Below, piece by piece: positions 27,101-36,100 of a stretch of 44,340 bases of DNA. Under the pieces are notes generated by a model. The model searched no databases. It was not told where the DNA came from and saw nothing but the letters and a program-made list of their open reading frames with translations. The DNA comes from a virus (lineage: Duplodnaviria > Caudoviricetes), in IMG/VR virus record IMGVR_UViG_3300025723_000068, positions 1 through 44,340 of that record. The stretch is one strand, 5' to 3'. The position numbers and the translations under genes are program-made. The number at the start of each line of letters is the position of its first letter. Position 1 is the stretch's first letter.

Positions 27101-30100
27101 GAATTTCTAGTGCAGTATTCCAATAGGCCGGGACATCATAATCGGTCGGCAATCCACCCCATGTATCTACACCATCGTATATTAAATTAAATGCCAATGT
27201 TTGTGTATGGAAAGGTTTAATTTCCTGCAGGTAATCTTCAACAAAGGTTGAATTATCTGGTTGATATATTTGGTATGGCAACAAAGAACGAAGAACATGA
27301 TCCACTTCGATGTAACTAGTTTTGATTAACCAATCTGGACTAGTAAATTCTGTGTAGATAAATTGGAACATTAAAATCAAGGCTTGATTGCGTTCGATTA
27401 ATAATTCATCAATTAAAAGTTCTTCATTAATTGCTTGAATAATTTTTCTAGTTTCAATGGTTGGATATTGATCATAGTATTGTGCGTCAAACGGTTCAAC
27501 ATCAAATCCAAACCCTCCTGCAGAATAATTCCACAGTGATTCACTAAATGTAATGGTGCCATCTTCTAACCCTACTCGCTGCCAATCTCTGATATTACTA
27601 TTAACAGCCTTCCGTAAATAAATTTCCCACTTGCCAATTCCGTTAGCTGAAACTTTAACGCTGGTGTTAAGAGGAGCCTGAACAATACTTAATGTTTGTA
27701 AATCTGAAATATTAGCCACGGTAATTAACGGTTGAATCGAACTATTGTAGCCCGGTAAGTACCAATTAATATAATTCCAATATAACGGAGTGTCATAATT
27801 TTGTATGCGTATTAGTTGTAAATTTGGTGGAACAACTGGCGCAGAACCGGCAACAACTTCATATATAGTCCAGCGACCGCTTTGACTACTATCAGATAAC
27901 ACCAAATACTTGTAACCAATAGGCACAATGGCTAAGTCTTGATATGCAAGTGTTTCAAGATTTGGAACTTCGTAATTCCATATTGTTGTGGTTACATTAT
28001 TGACAATTATAGTTGCCGGCGGAGTTGGCTCACTGCTGTTTAATAAATTAAAACTACGAGTTTCGCTAATAGGATATTGTGCTAATACAGTATTAACTCG
28101 GCCTAGATAATTTTTTAATGCTGTAAATCTATCAGCAAACATACTTTGACGAGGACGGAACTGTACACCGTATCTCTGCCCTGGACTTAATGCAGGATCT
28201 GGAACCAGATTACCAAAAGTATCCTGACCGCTAAAGCTATCTTGTAGTTTCCTATATAATTGATTATTTAAGAATGCATCAGGACGACCATCGGCAATAA
28301 ATGCATATTCGGTATGAATGTCGCCCGAGCTGTTTTGTACCTGACGCTCATACTCAATGTGCATGATTGTATCGCTAGCCGATAGTAGAGACTTAGCATT
28401 ATACAATGCTACGGTATTAGCATTTATGGCTGCAATATAAGGAATTCCACTGCCACCAGGATTTGATATGTAGTTGGCAATACTTGTGGTGCTTAGTGTT
28501 TTATTATGTGCAGTGTCGACGATTGATCGCCCTTTAACCCAGAAATAATAATTAGTTACAAATATACCAGAATTACTCAATGATGATTTTACGGTATAGC
28601 TTACAGTACTAAGCGGAGTACCGGGTCCAGTATAATTAACAGGAGCAACACTACTTTCAATCCACTGATAAATGTCTATAGTACTGCCAGGGAAAGTCTG
28701 AGCCCATTGACGACTAGCATAAGTGATATTGTCCTGGTTAGGTTCAATAAATCTAACAGTATTGGTATCCCACCATATTTCCCCTACATGAGCAGAGGAC
28801 CAACTGGTACCATTGTTATGTACCGACCCACTATTATATTGGGCTGGATCAACAGCCCCAATATAGTCAATGTTTCTACGAGCTACTCCTAAAATTTTTC
28901 CTTGTAACGGATCAATAAAATCAAAATAAGTTTGTGTGCTATTGAGTAGTTTATTGTAAGAATACACTGAATTTAATAAGGATACATCAACAACAGGTTG
29001 TTGAGAATATATTACTTCCCATGCTGGAAGATTATCTGGATTTGTGAAAACAGTAACATACCCTTGTCCGCTATTGTTGCCAGGAGCGCCAACTAGCAAT
29101 AATCCATTACCATAACTAACTGCTGTACCAAATTGATCAATAGTAGCTATGCTGTTAGAATAAATTTGCTGACCAAATACAAATTGCCCAGGAGTACTAA
29201 TAGAGCTTGTTGCACTAGGCAAATAATCAAAGGTATAAACCACGCCACTATTGTCTACGGCGTTATAGAATGTTGTACTGTGTTCATCAAAATAAGTTTG
29301 ACTAGCATCAAATGTAGTTGGCTCATATACATTTCCGTTAGGTGCACCAATGACCAAATTAACCGCAGATGCATCGATACTGATTGAACTACCAAACTGT
29401 GCGTAGTCTGTAGGATTAGGGCTTACAATAGTTTGTGTATATGCATAGGTTACAAAGCCAAGATCATCAAATGCTGTGCCGTTAATCCCGGGCAATATTG
29501 TAAGCATATCATATTCTTTAGCTGCGACAGCGTTAATTACGCTGATAGTCACGCGACCCGCAATTGCTGTTATAACTGCTCCTGCAGTTGGAGGTAAAAC
29601 AAATAAAATCTGTTGTGTAGTGTTATTATAAGTGTAATCTACCCCAGATGTTTGCAATGTTGTTCCAATATACACAACTGTAGTATAGCTAGTAGCTGAC
29701 GAATAAATGTTGCCAATATTAAATATTTTTGTTGATCCGTCGGCAACTAATTCTACATTGGGTATCAATGTAGCTACTACATTAGGTATACCCGACGAAT
29801 TAATAGCAGTAACTAATCCAGCCACGGTATTGTTTGTTGGCACAGTCACTAGAAAATCATTAATGCGTAAAGTATCACCAATTGTTAGTATGGGGTTGGC
29901 TACAGTTGATGTGGTTACACCATAAACTCTAGATTGATTTACTTGGCGTTGTACTAACCCTGTTTGTGGTTGACTTGTATTGCTGTATGCCAACGGTGCT
30001 CCGGTATACACACTGCAATTGTTTGGGCAAATAACCACACTCTGACCAAAATTTGATTGATCGATAACAGTGTTGGCTGTAATTTTTTGTATTTGTTGAA

Positions 30101-33100
30101 ATTGATTTGTTTCGATTTCAAGTATGTCGCCGTTAACTATTGTAACAGACTCGCTTAATATAATACTAGATCCACTTACAGTAAATTGACCGTTGATATA
30201 CTGTGCGCTATTGGTTAGATATTGTTTGTTTAATAATACTGCCACAGGCGCAGTAAATGTCCCGGGTATAGTATAGGTTGTTTGTGTTGGGTTTGATACG
30301 ATGTACCGAACAACACTACGATCAAATGCGTATAAAGATCCTGCATGAGATATTGCGCCGGCATTATCATAATCGGCACCAATTAAAATTTGTCGGCCGT
30401 CACTGGTACATGTTAGGCTACTACCAAAATTAGCATCAGCTCCTATACCACCAACTGCTAAAGTGTCAATGTATTGCCAATAGGTTGCAGCATTAACTAT
30501 AATAACAGCGCCTGCAGGCGGCAATGTATTAAAGATAATATGTCTGCCAACAAAAGTAAAAATGTAGTCAATATTGGGGCGTTGTAATACACTGTTAACA
30601 AATACCGTAAACGAATCAATGTTATTTGTAGTATAGAAATAATCAATCAGCGTAAAGTCTGAAGTATTATAAACACCATGGCCCGAAGTAGTAAAACTAG
30701 TAATACCACCAGCATGCACTCCTGTTACTGTAATCGTTAGGTTATTAGATGAATTGCCAGTAGGGGCAATTTGTGTATAATCAACAGTTAAGATGTCACC
30801 AACTGTATACAAACTACCAGCCGCAGTTAATGTTGTATTATAAACTCCTCTGGTGTTTGATACTGTAAATTTTGCACCTGTTCCGGGGCCAGAATTTTGA
30901 CTAATATCATAATAGATTACATAATCTAACTGTGTCTCAGTACGACGAACAATTCTTACTTGCTCTCCGGATGCAGGACTGGTGAATAACTGAACTAATA
31001 CTGGAGTTATAACATAATCAATGCCATAAATTAGTTGACGATTTCCTAAGTACACTAGCAGTTGTTCTGGGTGACCTGGATCAATTTGAATAGCGGTATT
31101 ATAAACAAAAGTGGCTGTGGTTCCGTCCCCAGTATACCCAATTTCTTGAACCGGAATATCGACTCGTCCATAGGCGTAAACTTTATTGCCGCTTGGCGCA
31201 CCAATATACATCCATCTTTCGTCGGTGCTAATTTTAACCGTACTACCAAATTCAATTGAACTAAAATCACTGTCTGGGGCAGTTAACAATTGTGTTTGAA
31301 TTAAATCGTTAGAGCCAGCCGGCTGATATATTACCGTAGCATATCCTGCTCCCGAATTACTGGCACTTGCACCGGCTGTTGCCCAAGTTTGTTTCCCAAA
31401 ACTTACACTATTACCAAACCCAACAGTGTTGGGTGCAGGTAAAGTTAATTTGGTATTTTGAATATAGGACTGAGTTGTACCTGGGCGGTAAGTGTAAATT
31501 GCACCTGCCCCAGACTCGGCACCGGGACTTCCTACTAATAATGCAAGATTATTTTGACTTTGAGCTAAACTATATCCATACTGCAATCCAGTTTCGGATG
31601 CTGTGGCAACAAGAGTAGAACCTTCGCTAAATGGAGATTGTTTTTGTAAAACTTCCCACTGTCCAACCCCATTGTTATCTACCCAAATTGTGGCTCCGGG
31701 AACTAGACTAGTTACATATGACAAATTAACTGCATCACTGGCCTGGCTAACTCGTGTTGTTTGTAAACGGAACGCAATACCGTTTCCGGCAATTGATGTT
31801 TTATTTGTGTTAGTAAACGAATAGGCTATTACAACAGAATTTATACTAGGGCGACTTAATACACGATAGACACCATTAACTAATGAGTTAAAATATTTAA
31901 TAATAATTAAATCGCCTACCGATAACTCAGTAGTCAGCCCGCTGAATTGTGCAATGCTGGTGCCATTGAGATTGTCAGTTAACTGAAGTATTCTTCCTGA
32001 GACCTGAACGCACTCGTAGATGTTCCAATTGTAGCTGTTGTCTTGTGCTACCCAAATTGTTGTGCCATTTCCAACAGTTGACAAATTAGCGGCAATTGAA
32101 CTAGGATCATTAAGATTGAATACTGTGATATCCACATCGTTGAGATTTACATAACCAGCTGTTGGCAAGGCTGTGTCTAAATTTCTTGAGTAGGTAGTTG
32201 GTAAAATATTAGTTGATGGGATTTTGTAGCTTTCGGCCCAAAGATCGCTTAACAATATAGCCTGGTCAGCTGTGCTGGTTTCTCCTGGATTAACAATTTG
32301 TAGTGTGCTGGGGTTTCCTGTTAATCTTGCCTCGTTAAGATTAACTTCGAACCAACTACGATTAGCATTGGCTCCATAAGTTCCAACCAAAACACCCCAG
32401 TCCTGATATATCTTGTACTGTCCAGTGTCTTGATTAAAATTAACATTAGTAAACAGTTCAGCAGCATTTAAAGTACCTTTGGTTTTAATAAATTGTTGGT
32501 AAACGTTAACTTGGCTTACACTATCTAACCCTAGGTTAACCATGTATTGTCTTGGAACGAATCCAATTAAATTAAATGCTAATAAATCGTTGGCATTATT
32601 AAGATTGGCTGTTTGAATATTATAACTATTAGCCAATTGATCAGCTTTCAGTGCTAAATTCTGTAAAAGGCCTTGTTGTATTGATTGGTAGTTACTCTTA
32701 TACCAATCAGAATATTTAAACTTTGTTGCCGGCTGTACTATTCCAGCTGCTTGCCAGTAGCTGTATTGGTAGATAACAATTTCGCCTTTGGTATAAGAAG
32801 TATTTGGTTGCCACTGTTTTACTGTTAATGGATTATTAAGTATAAATCCTTGCGCATTAAGAGTACCATCCCATTGTGTACTTGTTTGTGCCGATAATAA
32901 CAAACGATTTTGTCGTTCAGCGGTAACCGGATCATATATGAGATCATTAAAAATAGTACGATTATCAAATACCACAATATCTTCAAAATTGGTATATTTT
33001 AATTGAGCATAAGCAATAGTATGAGTTGTATTCCTTGGAGGACTAGCAACAAACCTGTCGCCCAGCCGTTGAATAATTAATTTGTCGGTACTAACTACAG

Positions 33101-36100
33101 TACGATTTTGATCCAAGATCATGTTTTCTGGAGTATAAGTTACTAAACTATCAACTACAGACCCAGGACGATATACAGACATCTGTGTTGCTGCTGGATT
33201 TAAATTAATTAAAGTGCCGGTTGCCCATCCTTGGTTTGCAAAATATAAAAACTCTTGGGCCATTTGTTTCCAGTCGAGTACATAACCGTTTTGTAACTGA
33301 GTAAATGTCATACCTTGACTAGCAAGATAAGCTCCGTAACTTAAAATAAAATCAACAGTACTGGATAAACTAGTAAAGGTATAACCATAAGGAATTTGTA
33401 CTAGCGTGTCAGAATATTGTGTAGGGACCTGTACAGAAGTATTGCCTGCGGTGATAGTTTGAAAATTATTATTAATACGACTAGCAAAAATTGTAAAATA
33501 TGGCTGATAGTTACTGTAACCATAAATTGTATATCCAGTCTCAGCGACTTCAATAATTATTGCGCTATAGGCAAACGAGTCGTAGGGTTGATTTTGATAC
33601 AGTTGCAGATTGTAACTTTCTGATGGTATCAATAATGTAGTATTGTTACTTTCGGGACTTGATTTTTCCAAATATACATTTAAATTCTGTGCAGCAACAA
33701 AACTAGCCATACGATAGCATAATCTTACATCAAGATTTTCTAGATCAGTTTTGAGCGCATCGGTGCTGTTAATACCTAACTGTTGATTGTAATCTACAAT
33801 CCAGTTAATATAGCTAGCCTTACTAATACCATTGCCATAGATTTGGATTTGCGCCGGGTTTAATCTGTATCGGTTATTGTAAAGATATTGGTCAACCTCA
33901 GCATTATAACGATATAAATCGCGATCGGCAAATAAACTAAAGAATTCTGCAGGCCGAGTTAATGCTAATAAACGCATAACTGCAAACGGATAGCTACTAC
34001 TCATCCACCAGCTAGCTTCCACTGGTCCGCCATCCCCTACTGTCCAACTCTTTTGAAAACCTTGAGGGTCGTACCGCCCCATAACACTTTCTGTTGGCGG
34101 GATTAATTGTCCTTGACTATCAACCGGTATTACTGATGTCAGACCGGGCCGACGATAATTTGGCCGGATATACGGAGCAACAGGGTCTGCCACATAGCCT
34201 GCTTCAAGGTCGCCCCATAGTACTAAGTTGTCGCTGGTATACGGTACAGGGCCATATCGGGTTTCCCACCATAGAGGCATTTCGCTAAAGCCCAACATTT
34301 CCCATGGTGTGATGTTTGGAGTTAGTGTGTCATAGAAGTAACGATAAATTCCGCGCCAAGCTCCTAATAACGGTTGATTATCTAGCTGATTATCAGCTTG
34401 GCTATAGTTGTAGGTATATGGATTATCAGCTATGTAAGTTTGGCTAGTGTAATCCAACTTATTGTAACCAGCCCAACTTAAGAAACTTTCACCTAATATT
34501 TCTGTTATTTCGACTTGGGTATAGTCGGTAGTTCTAAAATAGCCTGGAATTACATCTTCGGCGGTCAGCGGAACCGGATTGCCATCATTTTTTAAATTAT
34601 TAAAAATACGAGTTTCGAATTCTAATAACACTTGGTCTCTGATGTCGCCGAATGCTACAGTAACACTGCCATCGTGTCCTTGTATTACTGGTGTAGGGTT
34701 AACATAGTCAGTATCCAAGAAAATTTCTGGCCGGTATTTAGGATATAGTCCTAATTTGGTTGGGGTGTTTGGTACAAAATTGCCAGCAGTATTGGCATAT
34801 TCGTTGATGGTAACTATATCACCAACTTGCAATGTGCGTGTAATGGTTAGCACCGGACTGTCGACACTAACCACATAATCGTAGTTACGAGTTAATAATT
34901 CATTGTTAACATAGACTAATAGGCCAAGGTAGTTGGATTCTGTAAAATTATATGTTTGAGTAGTATTAAAAACTCTAGTTGTTATGGGCGTAACTGTCGT
35001 TGATATTGAAGTATATACTGAGCCAGTAGGCAACATGTCGCTCGAATAAAACGAACTCATGTTGGTATCACCTAAAGTTATTTTAGATATACAGGCATCC
35101 AATAGTTGTGCTACCGTCATTGTTTCGTAGTCGGCTAGAGCAAAAGTTGTTGTTGTTTGTAGTAACAATGATTTAAATTTAATATATTGTTGACTATTAT
35201 AATCAATAGCGGCAAAAATATTGTAGTTTTGACTACGCATAAAGTAGCCAGTTAATGTTAACGGCGCACTTTGTTGTAATATTTGTAGACCATACGGAAT
35301 AATGTCGCCCAGGTCTCTAGTGTTGTTGGCACCAATAACTGGGCCTTGCAACGGAATAAGATTTTGAGCAATAGTGCTATAGTGATTACGAATGGTTCCT
35401 AATGTGAACTGTGAACTGTTTCCATTGAATGGATTGTTTTCTAAGTTGATAGGTACTTCATAAAAAGCCGCGGCACTAGTTTGATCACTGAGTACCAAGA
35501 CTTCGATCAAATCGCCTGGTACATAAGTTGTTAATAAATTAATTGTAGTTGTATTATTTGTCGTTGTGTAGGTATAGTTATAACTTTCTTGAAAAGTGGA
35601 ATTAACAAATATCTGCACCGCCGGAACGGTATTGTTGGTGTTAACCGCAACATCTAATAACAACGGTAATCCATCATAGGTAAAGGTAAATTGTTGGCGA
35701 ATCAAACTAGGAGTTACTGCTGTTTGCCACCCAATTTCTTTTACATAGTTAGTACGATCACTATACTGACGAACAAAGCCGGTACTAAGAGGAACAGTTT
35801 GCCCTTGGTTGTTTATGGTATATTTAAACGAATCAGTGTATAAGTTGTTATCAAATACAATATCGCCAATGTTGGTCAGACTTAGATAAGTTAACGGAAA
35901 TCCTAAAACTAAATCAGGAGCACCTGTGCTAATAGCATAACTGAATAACGGACTTCCGGTAAAGTTTGTACTTGGGTAAGTGGCCGAGTCACCAAAGCTG
36001 ATGCCATTAGCATCATATACATCAAATAAGGGAGGTTGATTAACACCAATTTTTTGTTGTGCGTTGATCCACGCTACGCCGTCGTATCGATAACTTAATC

